Below are positions 20,528 to 30,346 of a stretch of DNA of 64,000 nucleotides, one piece after another. Location of the stretch: NCBI GenBank assembly GCA_963664325.2, contig CAXXDQ010000003.1, positions 384,001 to 448,000 of the forward strand, read 5' to 3'. This DNA comes from Desulfomonilia bacterium (GTDB taxonomy: Bacteria > Desulfobacterota > Desulfomonilia > UBA1062). The notes beneath the pieces were generated by a model. That model ran no database searches. It was not told the DNA's origin and saw only the letters and a list, made by a program, of their open reading frames with translations. Made by a program: the position numbers and the translations under genes. How positions within the stretch are numbered: position 1 is the stretch's first letter; each line of letters opens with the position of its first letter.

Positions 20528-20695
20528 TACAGGGCGTTATAACAAATTTTCTCTACACCTTCGGTTTGAGGAGCGAAACAGGATGCTCATGATCCCATTA
20601 TTGCATCACGAAAATTGACGCATCGAAGATACGCCCGAAGGGTGAGTGCCGATAATGGCCCGATTCAAAGGTGTATGAAGTTATAACGTCCTGTA
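20528..20695. mobile_element. MITE-like element 2 (168 bp)
   Basis: TIRs TACAGGGCGTTATAAC / GTTATAACGTCCTGTA; nested inverted repeat tacacctt...aaggtgta; abuts the deoC stop codon. Confidence 0.7.
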
Positions 20696-21394
20696 CTAAA
20701 CCTCGACGACGCCGTCCGGCAAGGCCGCGCATTCCCCGAGTATTTTAAGTCCCGAGGCGGCGCCTATGCCGAAACGCTCGGCGCCGAGTTTATACAACTC
20801 AATCATTGTCTTTAAATCCCTGATGCCGCCCGAAGCCTTGATCTTGAGCTGATCGCCGACACATTTTTTCATTAATGCGATGTTATGCGGGGTCGCGCCG
20901 GTCGGTGTGTGGCCTGTGGCTGTTTTCACAAATTTGGCCCCTGCCTCGATGCAGCATTCACAGCCCTTTTCTATGTCGTAGTCCTTCAGGTAGTGGACTT
21001 CGAATATGACCTTGACGGTCCTTCCGGCGGCCGTATCCACGACGGCCCTGATGTCGTCCCTGACATACTGATACCGGCCGGAGAGAAGCGCCGAGATGTT
21101 TATCACCATGTCCAGCTCTTTACAGCCGTCTTCTAACGCGAGCTTTGCCTCATGGACTTTAATGGCCGTTTTGTGGTTTCCGAACGGAAAGCCTATACCC
21201 GTTCCTATCAGCACATCGTCGCAGCCTTCAAGGAGCGCATTCAGCTCCGCCACAAAGTAGGGCAGGACATGGGCGCCGATAAACCTGTATTTTCTGACGT
21301 CTGCCGCAAACCCCCTCAGCTCCTTTTCGTCCACTTCCGGCCTTACGATGCTGAAATCCATCATCCTGGCGAGATCGTGCGCATTAAGCTTCAT
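20696..21394 (-). CDS. deoC: Deoxyribose-phosphate aldolase (divergent)
   Basis: GFPFG, ELDMVIN, KVIFE, FVKTATG (Schiff-base Lys), KASGGIR. Confidence 0.88.
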   Translation of the reverse strand: MKLNAHDLARMMDFSIVRPEVDEKELRGFAADVRKYRFIGAHVLPYFVAELNALLEGCDDVLIGTGIGFPFGNHKTAIKVHEAKLALEDGCKELDMVINISALLSGRYQYVRDDIRAVVDTAAGRTVKVIFEVHYLKDYDIEKGCECCIEAGAKFVKTATGHTPTGATPHNIALMKKCVGDQLKIKASGGIRDLKTMIELYKLGAERFGIGAASGLKILGECAALPDGVVEV

Positions 21395-21413
21395 CTTTTA
21401 CCTCCGGTAATAA

Positions 21414-22895
21414 CTATTTCCAGTATCCGAGCATATGTTTGTAAAATTGTATAAATTCATTTTGCAATTCCTCATATATTCTGACGGATTTTTCATCAGG
21501 CTCGATAACGGTTTTTTCTGAAAAAAGCATGTTTGCAGCCCCGGATAAATCCGTTAACAACCCTAAACCGTATGCCCCGAGCATGCCGGCGCCGGATAGT
21601 GTTGTTTCGGGCTCTCCTGCGATTTCAACAGGCACACCGTAAACATCGGCCTTGATCCTGTTAAGAAGCCGGTTGCGGGTCGCACCACCGATGCAGCATA
21701 CCCTTTTAATTTTTACGCCAAGTTTTCTGAAGACCGCCGCGTTCATACCGAGCGCGAGAGCCGTGCCTTCCATGACGGCGCGGGAGAAATGACCTGATCT
21801 GTGCCCGGGAGTGATGCCGGCGAACATGCCCCGTGAGTTCACATTATCGCTCCTCCTCTCTCCGAGCAGGTAGGGATAGAACATGAGGCCGTCCGAGCCT
21901 TCGGAAATGTTCCCGGCAGATGTAATTATGTCATCATAAGATATACCGGCGCCGGCTGCCGATGAGATGAAATCCCTGCACCATTTCATGTTGAGCCCGC
22001 CCGTATCGAGCATGACGAAAGGCACCCAGCCGCCAAGCACATGCATGAGGTTCGAGACGGCAGGGTGAATAACAGGCGAATCCTTCTGAACGACGAAAAG
22101 GGAAGATGACCCTGTCATGTCAACAGCCGTTTCGCCGTCGGTCAGTCCGAGTGCAACCAGACTTACTATGAAATCACCGCCTCCCGCCATGACCGGTGTG
22201 CCTTCTGCCAGGCCGGTATGCATGGCGGCGTCTCTGGTAACACGGCCGATAATCTCATGAGACCTGAAAATCCCGGGGAACTTGTTCAGGTCAAGGCCGA
22301 GCCTTTCCGCCATTTCATCAGAATATTGCCCTTTATCCGAGTCAATCAGGAATGAACCCGAGGCCTCGCTGAAATCGGTTGCAAGGGAGCCTGTGAGTCT
22401 GTAATTGATGAAATCCTTGGGTACCAGGAAGCATTCCGTTTTTTCATATACCTCAGGCTGGTTGTCCTTTATCCATTTGACCTTGAGTCCGGTCCATCCG
22501 GCCCCCGGGACATTTCCCGTGGTTTCCTGAAGCAGTTTCTCGCCGAAGGAGAGCCTCGCCTTGATGCACTGAGGTTCGCACCTCTTGTCGCACCAGAGCT
22601 GGGTGAATTCCGTAGTGATGTCTCCGTCAAACCCGATGCCTGTCGGGCCGTGCATCTGGCCGCATGCCATGACACCTGCGATTTCCGATGGTCTTATTCC
22701 GCTCTTTGCCAGAACATCCCTTATGACGTTTGTTGTGATGTCCCACCAGGCGACGGGGTTTTGCTGAGCCCACCCCGGATGCGGGCTCTCGATTAAATGA
22801 ACCTGCTGAGATACGGCAACGGCCCTGCCTTCGGGCGTCATGAGGCCGGCCCGTATGCTCTGTGTTCCGAGGTCTATGGCCAGGATACGTTTCAT
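21414..22895 (-). CDS. FGGY-family carbohydrate kinase (xylulokinase-like)
   Basis: AIDLGTQS, GQMHG, WCDKR, GGGD, PYLLGER. Confidence 0.92.
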   Translation of the reverse strand: MKRILAIDLGTQSIRAGLMTPEGRAVAVSQQVHLIESPHPGWAQQNPVAWWDITTNVIRDVLAKSGIRPSEIAGVMACGQMHGPTGIGFDGDITTEFTQLWCDKRCEPQCIKARLSFGEKLLQETTGNVPGAGWTGLKVKWIKDNQPEVYEKTECFLVPKDFINYRLTGSLATDFSEASGSFLIDSDKGQYSDEMAERLGLDLNKFPGIFRSHEIIGRVTRDAAMHTGLAEGTPVMAGGGDFIVSLVALGLTDGETAVDMTGSSSLFVVQKDSPVIHPAVSNLMHVLGGWVPFVMLDTGGLNMKWCRDFISSAAGAGISYDDIITSAGNISEGSDGLMFYPYLLGERRSDNVNSRGMFAGITPGHRSGHFSRAVMEGTALALGMNAAVFRKLGVKIKRVCCIGGATRNRLLNRIKADVYGVPVEIAGEPETTLSGAGMLGAYGLGLLTDLSGAANMLFSEKTVIEPDEKSVRIYEELQNEFIQFYKHMLGYWK

Positions 22896-24073
22896 ATCCT
22901 CTCTTTCAATATCTCCGCAATATCTTCCCTGGTAAGCCTGACCGCATTGTTCTTAAGCTCGGTTTCACCGGCAATCCTGTCGATATCCGCATCAGTCACG
23001 CCGTAGCCGCGCAGGAGCGGCATTTGAAGCCTCTCGGACCAGCCGTAAAGCACGTCAGTCAGAATATCGCATAGTTCATTAACCTTTGATTCGTCATAGA
23101 CCCTTCCACTTAAAATGGCCCCGACCCATGCATGCTTTTTCAGCTGAACCCCGTCAGGGTCTTTTTCTTTTAAAACCTCAATATTCTTTTTAGTTGCCAC
23201 GGCAAGGAGCGTGCCGCAGATAACGCCGTGCGGGATATTAAAGAAGCCTCCTATCGCCGAGGCGAAGCCGTGAATGACCCCGAGGCCCGAATTGGCCAGT
23301 GTGATGCCCGATATGAGGGCTCCGTAGGCCATGTCCGAGCGAGCGCCGATGTCGCCAGCACCGGTGGTGCTGGCGCTGACAAGGCTCCTGCCGACAGCCT
23401 CCATGCCGCTCACGGCCAGGGCATCGGTCATGGGCGCAGGTTTTACCGACACATAGGATTCAAGAAGCTGGACGAACGCGTCCATGCCGCATGAGGCCGT
23501 TATTGCTCCGGGGCATGTCAGCATGAGCCCGGGGTCTATCAGTGCAACGTCCGGCACGAAATTATCATGCCTGAGAGATTTCTTATAACCTCCGGGCCCG
23601 ACCTTTGACAGCACGGCATTCTTGGTCGCCTCGCTGCCTGTTCCTGATGTTGTAGGAACAGCAATGAAAGGCACCTTTGTACCCGGGTGCACATCCCTGC
23701 CTATGCCTTCAAGAAAGCCCTCGACAGGCTTGTCAATCTTGAGCATTGCCGATACGGCCTTGCCTGAATCAACGGCGCTGCCTCCGCCCACAGAGACGAT
23801 GACCGAAATGTCATTTGCCCTGTATTTCTTTGCCATGGTGTCGATCAGGTTGGGTGAAGGTTCGGCCGTCACTGTTTCAACCGAGGCCGTGATGCCTTTT
23901 GTATTCAATCCGTTTAAAAGGTCATCAAGCTTGCCGGAGGTGTCCAGGAATCCGCCGCCTGAGATGATCAGCGCTTTTTTTCCGTATGCCGATATTATAT
24001 CCGGCAATGCCGAAAACTTGCCTGCCCCGAATTCTATCCTTGGTATCCTGGCAAAACCGAATGCGTTTATCAT
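22892..24073 (-). CDS. Iron-containing alcohol dehydrogenase
   Basis: GGGSAVDSGK, PTTSGTGSEATKNAV, GMDA, GLGVIHG, PHG. Confidence 0.93.
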   Translation of the reverse strand: MINAFGFARIPRIEFGAGKFSALPDIISAYGKKALIISGGGFLDTSGKLDDLLNGLNTKGITASVETVTAEPSPNLIDTMAKKYRANDISVIVSVGGGSAVDSGKAVSAMLKIDKPVEGFLEGIGRDVHPGTKVPFIAVPTTSGTGSEATKNAVLSKVGPGGYKKSLRHDNFVPDVALIDPGLMLTCPGAITASCGMDAFVQLLESYVSVKPAPMTDALAVSGMEAVGRSLVSASTTGAGDIGARSDMAYGALISGITLANSGLGVIHGFASAIGGFFNIPHGVICGTLLAVATKKNIEVLKEKDPDGVQLKKHAWVGAILSGRVYDESKVNELCDILTDVLYGWSERLQMPLLRGYGVTDADIDRIAGETELKNNAVRLTREDIAEILKERI

Positions 24074-24090
24074 TATAAGCACCTTGAAAT

Positions 24091-25071
24091 TTATTTTTGG
24101 CAAAGAGCCCTTAATCCATATGATTCAAAGCTTTCTGCTATCTGCTTTATCCTGTCTTCATCCAGCTTGCCGAACTCCCTGTAATCGGCGCCTCTGCCGA
24201 TCTTTTCAAATTTTGTTTTATACAGGGAATTATAAGGCATAAGATTGATATCACCATCAAAATCATATTTTTTGAAAAAGTCAGCGAATGCCTTGATTGA
24301 CGCTTCATCTGTGTTGACACCAGGTATTACTGGAATCCTTGGAACAAGCTTCTCGACTCCCGCCTTATCCAGAATCGAGATGAAATTATCGAGAATCCTC
24401 TTGTTGTCCTTTCCTGTCAAGGCTTTGTGCTTGGCCGCATCAATCTGCTTGAGGTCAAAAAGGAACAGGTCTGTCAGAGGAAGAAGTTCATCAATCAGGC
24501 TTTCGTCAAAATACCCGCATGTCTCTAATGCAGTATGAATGCCCGCCTTTTTTGATTGATCGAGCATCTCCAGCAGAAAAACCTTCTGCAGGCTTGGCTC
24601 GCCTCCCGAGAACGTCACGCCTCCACCTGAATTGTCATAAAACGGCCTGTCCGGCAAAACTGTTCCGATTACCTCTTTCACATCCATTTCTTTGCCTATC
24701 ATTTGCGTCGCCCCTGTCTCACAGACCGAGACACACATGCCGCAGGCTTTGCAGCGGGAGCCATCCCTGATGAGACTCCTGGCTTTTGCAGAAAGACTTC
24801 TGGATAAGATTGTTTTTATTTTGTTTATCGACTTGTCAGCTTGCGATTTATCAGCCAGCCTCAATGCTTTGTTCTGGCATACCTTCACGCACTTGCCGCA
24901 ACAGACGCACTTTTCTGAAAGGTATCCGGTCTCGGGTTTCATCTTCTGAGATTCGGGATTTTGGCACCAGGCGCATTTTAAGGGACAGCCTTTCAGGAAA
25001 ACGACAGTCCGGATTCCGGGGCCGTCGTGGATGCAGTAATGCTGAATGTCGAAGATAATTCCCATTCCCAT
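24091..25071 (-). CDS. Glycyl-radical enzyme activating protein (radical SAM with ferredoxin insert)
   Basis: HDGPGIRTVVFLKGCPLKCAWCQNPE; CVCCGKCVKVC and CKACGMCVSVC; GGGVTFSGGEP. Confidence 0.95.
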   Translation of the reverse strand: MGMGIIFDIQHYCIHDGPGIRTVVFLKGCPLKCAWCQNPESQKMKPETGYLSEKCVCCGKCVKVCQNKALRLADKSQADKSINKIKTILSRSLSAKARSLIRDGSRCKACGMCVSVCETGATQMIGKEMDVKEVIGTVLPDRPFYDNSGGGVTFSGGEPSLQKVFLLEMLDQSKKAGIHTALETCGYFDESLIDELLPLTDLFLFDLKQIDAAKHKALTGKDNKRILDNFISILDKAGVEKLVPRIPVIPGVNTDEASIKAFADFFKKYDFDGDINLMPYNSLYKTKFEKIGRGADYREFGKLDEDRIKQIAESFESYGLRALCQK

Positions 25072-25074
25072 TTG

Positions 25075-27642
25075 TCAGACCTGCTGGTGCTCCGAGCGCG
25101 AGATGATTTCCTCCTGAATCTCATAACCCAGGTCAACAAAATAGGCGCTGTAGCCGCCGACCTTCACGATCACATCCTGGTAGGAGTCAGGGTCTTTCTG
25201 CGCGGCCCTTAAAACTTCCGTTGAAACGACGGTAGGCTGAATCTGCTCACCGCCCATCTTGAAATAAGTATCAATGAGCGAGATCCATTTTTCTCTGACA
25301 GCGCCGGTTTCCCCGATACCTGTCGGGTGCATGCGGATATTGACGGCGCAGCCCAGTACATGGGAATAGTCCAGGGCTGAAACCGATTTTAAAACACCGG
25401 TAGGGCCTTTTGTATCGACGTTATAGGGGTTGCAGCTTGCTGCAAAAGGTTTGGCCGCCTTCCTGCCGTCGGGAGTCGCGATGAATATGCGGCCGTCATA
25501 GGTATGCGCGGTCATGCTGTTTATAAATGGTGCGTAAATTCCACCTTTATATGTCCTGTATTTTGACATCTCCTCGAAAATCGCTGTCGTAACCTTCCGG
25601 GCGATTTTATCGGTCTCGGGATTGCCATTGCCCCATTTTCCGGGCAGTGACAGGATATTTGCAAGCATGCCCTCATAGCCCTCATAATTGCTGTCGATTG
25701 CCTGAAGAAGTTCCCTGATGCTGAACAGCCTCTGTTCATAGACAAGCTTTTTGATAACATAAAGCGAGTCTGTCAGGTTCGCTATGCTGTTCATGACGAG
25801 AATGCCCTCAAGGTCATACACCGCCCCGCCCTGCGTAACATCCTTCTTTTTTTCAAGGCAACCCTGCATGAAAGCCGAAATGAGAGGCGCAGGCAGGTTC
25901 TCGGCATGCGTTTTGTCCCTGATAAACGAGGCCCGGGCAATGTTCCTTATCTGCAGGGAGGCCTGCTTTATGAACGCGTTTTCGAAATCTCCGTAAGACC
26001 TGAACGAATCCGGGTCGCCGGTTTTCAGCCCTGCGTCCTTGACAAGACATATGACGACCTGGGCGTCTCCGTTTCTGAGCGTCATGTCGAGCGTCCGGCA
26101 GAGCAGGATGGAACTGAAAGCCTCGCCTCCGGTCTTGCCCGGCGCGCACATGTCGACGCAGCCGGTTATTGCATAATCAAGGGCATCCTCATGGGAGAAG
26201 CCGTGCTTTTCGAGCGCCCTGACAGCGATTTCATCGTTCATTATGGAGATGCTCGAATTGCCCCTGTGCTGAAGTTCGGCGACCTTTTCCATCAGTTCCC
26301 TGGGGCTGTCCTTATGGATACGTACTGCAAAGTTGAGCGCCGCCTTTGATTCCGCGGCGGCATCAAGCATGACATATGTAAGCTCATTTGTGGCGTCTCG
26401 GCCGTCATGCGTCAGACCGCCCATTGTCACGGGCTCGGAGCCCTCATAGCGTTGTGTGAAATAGGCAGTGAAATTTGAGTACGGCCTCATGTTGTGGCTC
26501 ATGATCTTTAAAAAAAGCTCCTGCAGAATAAGAGAGGCTTCTCCTTCTGTAATCCGGCCTTCCTTCAGGTCATTTATGTAAAAGGGATAAAAAATCTGGT
26601 CGAGCCTTCCGGGTGCATGAACGTTGAAAGGTACGGCCAGCTCGACCGCTGTCTTGACCGTCCAGTACGACTGAACGGCCTCTTTGAAGGTGCGGGCCGG
26701 GTTCAGCGGGACTTTTGAACATGTCTCATACATTTCCGACAGGATGCGCCTCTGTTCGGGGTCGGTCTCTTTCCCAAGCTCCAAACCGAGCTTTTCGGCA
26801 AGGCGTTTTGAAAAAGTGATTACACCTTCAAGTGCTGTCTCGACTGATTTTAAAAAGGTATACTCTTCTTCGGCCTCAGCGCAGGTCGAGCTTAGAAGCG
26901 CGCTCACCTCATCCTTCATGGACAGGAGCCCTTTTTTGACGGGGGTTACATGATCGAGTATGAGATGCCCTTGCCATGTGCCCAGCGCGGCGCCTGCGGA
27001 AATCACCATGTCGTTCCTTGAGGTCGCCTGTGGCATGGCCGCTGTAAGGCTCTCAAGCTCGCCCCTGTGAATGTCAGTTTTGTCGACTGCGGACTTGATT
27101 TTATCGACCAGCGTTTTTCCCTTCCAGAAGGGCAGGAGTTTCTTTTGCAGGATGCGCTTGTCAACTGGGCTGATCCTGTATGGGTTTATCTTCCTTCTGT
27201 CCATTGTGGACAGGCCGATTGATGGCATGGCGATGCCCAGGCCCTTCATTTTCTTAAGGTTTTGAAAAAAGTTTGCAATGCCGTGACGCCTGAACATGTA
27301 GAGAAGGAACCTGGCATTGGATTTTATCTGATAGAAGAGCATGGAGCCCACATCCAGTTCGGTCTCGAATACGTTATTGAAAAGCCCCCTCTCGATATCG
27401 ACCGGGATGCCGAGAAAATTCTCCGTCCATGTGCCTGCAATGCGGTCGTCGGGATCAATATGAAACCCCATGTTATCATAGACATGCTTCATGGACTCGG
27501 CCGCTTTTATGGCGTTCGGCACCGAAGAATCCATTGAAATCCACTTTTCGGTAAATAACCCGGCCCTCTGGATTGAAATGAAAGGGGTCTCTTTGACGTA
27601 TCGGTTTCTGAGACTTTTAATCCTGTCGGGCCCTGTTCTCAT
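25075..27642 (-). CDS. Glycyl radical enzyme (PFL-like family), paralog 1
   Basis: 855 aa; PGRLDQ, Cys loop TGCVDM, ATPDGRKA, Gly loop VIVKVGGYSAYF; activase directly downstream. Confidence 0.93.
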   Translation of the reverse strand: MRTGPDRIKSLRNRYVKETPFISIQRAGLFTEKWISMDSSVPNAIKAAESMKHVYDNMGFHIDPDDRIAGTWTENFLGIPVDIERGLFNNVFETELDVGSMLFYQIKSNARFLLYMFRRHGIANFFQNLKKMKGLGIAMPSIGLSTMDRRKINPYRISPVDKRILQKKLLPFWKGKTLVDKIKSAVDKTDIHRGELESLTAAMPQATSRNDMVISAGAALGTWQGHLILDHVTPVKKGLLSMKDEVSALLSSTCAEAEEEYTFLKSVETALEGVITFSKRLAEKLGLELGKETDPEQRRILSEMYETCSKVPLNPARTFKEAVQSYWTVKTAVELAVPFNVHAPGRLDQIFYPFYINDLKEGRITEGEASLILQELFLKIMSHNMRPYSNFTAYFTQRYEGSEPVTMGGLTHDGRDATNELTYVMLDAAAESKAALNFAVRIHKDSPRELMEKVAELQHRGNSSISIMNDEIAVRALEKHGFSHEDALDYAITGCVDMCAPGKTGGEAFSSILLCRTLDMTLRNGDAQVVICLVKDAGLKTGDPDSFRSYGDFENAFIKQASLQIRNIARASFIRDKTHAENLPAPLISAFMQGCLEKKKDVTQGGAVYDLEGILVMNSIANLTDSLYVIKKLVYEQRLFSIRELLQAIDSNYEGYEGMLANILSLPGKWGNGNPETDKIARKVTTAIFEEMSKYRTYKGGIYAPFINSMTAHTYDGRIFIATPDGRKAAKPFAASCNPYNVDTKGPTGVLKSVSALDYSHVLGCAVNIRMHPTGIGETGAVREKWISLIDTYFKMGGEQIQPTVVSTEVLRAAQKDPDSYQDVIVKVGGYSAYFVDLGYEIQEEIISRSEHQQV

Positions 27643-29013
27643 TTACTTTTCCCTTGTCTTAAGCTCGTCAAGGATTCTTTTGTGGTATGCGGCGTCTATC
27701 GGGTAGAAGAAAATCAGGATCATACCCAGAATGATAAAGGCGATCGGGATGAATGAAATTAATAGTCTTATGCCGACAAGCGTCTCCCCTGTCTGCTGAA
27801 CATTTGCAATAAATCCGAAATGTGCAAGCCCGGTGCCGGCCACATATCCTGAAATGGCTGAGCCTATTTTCATGCACAGAAAATAGACGCCGTATATCGT
27901 GCCCTCGCGTCTCAGTCCTGTTTTCCATTCGGAATATTCGACAGTGTCAGGCACCATGGCCCAGGGGAAAAGAAAGACTGTGGACATTCCGATTCCTGCA
28001 ATAAAGAACAGTGCAAAGATGGCATAGAGATTATCGCCGGGCATGAAATACATCCCTGTCAGGGATGCCATTAGCATGATCATCCCCACATTGAACCCGA
28101 ATTTTTTGCTCTTTTTGTTCGAGAGCCATATGAATGCAGGTATGAAAACCGCAGCTGTGACAAACAACGCAATAAATGCGATTGAGACGAGGTTTTCTTT
28201 ATGAAGATTGTATTTGAAGAAATAAACTACAATTATCGCCAGCAGGTTGACTGCAGCCATGTAAAGGGTGACGCCGCCGGCCAGAAGGAGAAAAGGGCCG
28301 TTTAAAAAAATTACTTTCAGATTCTCAAAAAAAGGAAGCTTTTCCTCCAGGTCGACATGCTTGACCCTTTCCCTGACGGTAGAAAATGTTATCAGAATAA
28401 TAACGGCTATGATAATACCGTATATGGCGCCTATCCATCTGAATCCGGTTGCCTCGTTCGGAAACAGCGACGCCAGAGGTTTGGTAGCCGCCGCTGCGAA
28501 AAGGGTCCCCAGGAGGGCGAACGTCATCCTGAATCCGGTAATGCCAGAACGTTCTTTGGCATCAAGGGTCATGTCTGCGGTTAAGGCTCCGTACGGCACG
28601 TTGACCGTGGCTATGGCAGTGCTGAAAACAATGAATGTCGCCGCTGCGTAAATTATTTTCATGTTAAGGCTTAGATGAGGTCCGTAAAAAAGAAGAAAGG
28701 TCATAAGGCCCAGAGGGACGGCCCCGAAAAGCAGAAACGGGCGCTTTCTTCCCCATCTGGAATTCGTGTGGTCGCTGATGGTTCCGATTATGGGGTCTAC
28801 TACGGCGTCCCAGATTTTGGATCCCATGAATATCATGCCCGCAATCCCGACAGGCAGCATGAAAACATCAGTAAAAAAGTAGAGAAGGTACAAGGCGCAA
28901 ACCTGATAACCGAGGCAAAAAGCAAAATCGCCCACGCCGTATCCGAATTTCATACCCAGGGGGACCCTTTCCGATTCCGCCAATGTCAAATCTTTTTCCA
29001 ATGTTTTTGTCAT
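27643..29013 (-). CDS. Glycoside-pentoside-hexuronide (MelB/GPH) cation symporter 1
   Basis: KFGYGVGD, WDAVVDP, SRWGRKRPFLLFG, PDTVEYSEWKTGLRREG. Confidence 0.93.
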   Translation of the reverse strand: MTKTLEKDLTLAESERVPLGMKFGYGVGDFAFCLGYQVCALYLLYFFTDVFMLPVGIAGMIFMGSKIWDAVVDPIIGTISDHTNSRWGRKRPFLLFGAVPLGLMTFLLFYGPHLSLNMKIIYAAATFIVFSTAIATVNVPYGALTADMTLDAKERSGITGFRMTFALLGTLFAAAATKPLASLFPNEATGFRWIGAIYGIIIAVIILITFSTVRERVKHVDLEEKLPFFENLKVIFLNGPFLLLAGGVTLYMAAVNLLAIIVVYFFKYNLHKENLVSIAFIALFVTAAVFIPAFIWLSNKKSKKFGFNVGMIMLMASLTGMYFMPGDNLYAIFALFFIAGIGMSTVFLFPWAMVPDTVEYSEWKTGLRREGTIYGVYFLCMKIGSAISGYVAGTGLAHFGFIANVQQTGETLVGIRLLISFIPIAFIILGMILIFFYPIDAAYHKRILDELKTREK

Positions 29014-29048
29014 GAAACATCCTTGAATTTTATTTTTCAGCAAGAGTA

Positions 29049-29092
29049 ACTGAACATGATTCAGTAATAAACTTATAAGCTCCCATAGTCAA
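29049..29092 (-). promoter_or_regulatory. Sigma-70-like promoter overlapped by the palindromic operator ACTGAA-CATGA-TTCAGT
   Basis: TTGACT-17-TATTAC on the minus strand; perfect 6-bp inverted repeat at 29049-29065 over the expected +1. Confidence 0.6.
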
Positions 29093-29196
29093 TATCCATA
29101 ATCAATGTTGGGATTTTCTGAGCATATTTCACAAAAGGTATCCTGCAACATCTTCATGATTCGTTTGAGTTAAGGAATTGACCGGATTGCTGGCAT

Positions 29197-30346
29197 TCAG
29201 TATTCGCCGAATGCATGGGCTGCTTCCACCATGACTTTCAATTTGGAAGCGGGGTACAGTATCAATGGAATGCGCAGCGGCAAGTATGTATCTGCCTCCT
29301 TGGGCAAGCCCGTCTATAAGCCTTCTTACTTCTTCAACTACTTCTTCGGCGGTTGAACGTTCCGTCAACAAATAGTCAACACCGACATTTCCCATAATGG
29401 TGATCCTGTCACCGTGGAGTCTTTTCTCACTGTAAATATCCACGTTGGATGTCGGCTCGAATGCATGGAACCCGTCGAACCCCCAGGATATAAATGTATC
29501 GAACAAGAGCGTGTTGTCACCGCATGAATGCAGAAGCATTCTTGCGGAGCGGGCATGAACGGCTTTAATCACTTTCCTGTAAAATGGGCCGAAGACTTCG
29601 TTTACCATCTTCGGACCGAAAAAAGGTCCCGTTTTCTGTGCGAAGTCATCACCTATCAGAATGACTTTTGCCCCGGCGTCCAGCACGGCAGTGACCGAAT
29701 TGAAAATAATATCTGAACACCAGTCAAGGTATTGTTCTGTAAGCTTTTTTTCCTTCTTCATCCACAGGGGGGCATTTCCGATTCCTACTGAGAGCAGAAG
29801 GCTGTCCTGCAAACCGCCACATGGGCAGGCGAAGATGCAGATATCCTCACCATATTTATCAAGCATCCTTTTGTAGAATTTATATATTCTTTGAGCGTAA
29901 TCGTCCGGGCTTTCGAAATACGGCCATTCTTCGAAGTCTTTGGATGATCTTATCGCTGGCCCTCGGTACATGTAGCTCATGTTCCCGTAACCGTCTTCGA
30001 TCAGGTTGTAGATGAGCCCGTTGATATTTGCCATTGTATCATAATCCAGAATGACCATGTTCTCTCCGCATGCAAGCCACATGGCGTCGAATCCGAACCT
30101 TATCGCAGCTTTGGTGTGCTTTTCCATCCCGCCGTTAATGGCATTGTGTGCAATATGAGTGCTGATCTTCTGGTGATTGTTCAGGACATGTTTCATGAAC
30201 GGATTTCTGAAGAGTGCCTTGGGGGGTATAATGGGTTTTCCCATGATTTCATTTGCCGTCCTGTCCTCAAGGCCCGCGCACATAACCGGCACCCTGTCGA
30301 CAGGCAATCCGTCCATAGTTCTCAAAACTCGCTCGGTGGGGTTCAT
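29197..30346 (-). CDS. Uroporphyrinogen decarboxylase/MtaA-CmuA methyltransferase family protein; +1 frameshift near 29252
   Basis: ERV...PVDRVP, GDDFA, LHSCG, FEP, MGNV, GGRYILAAAHS. Removing one C gives the typical end VPASKLKVMVEAAHAFGEY*. Confidence 0.85.

Noticed and set aside
25075-27642. Annotation as pyruvate formate-lyase (pflB) or choline TMA-lyase (cutC)
   Set aside because: Lacks the adjacent Cys-Cys pair of PFL and the GCVEP loop and microcompartment context of CutC
29129-29196. C-terminal extension of the URO-D ORF to 29129
   Set aside because: Artefact of the +1 frameshift near 29252; the corrected frame ends at 29197 with a family-typical terminus
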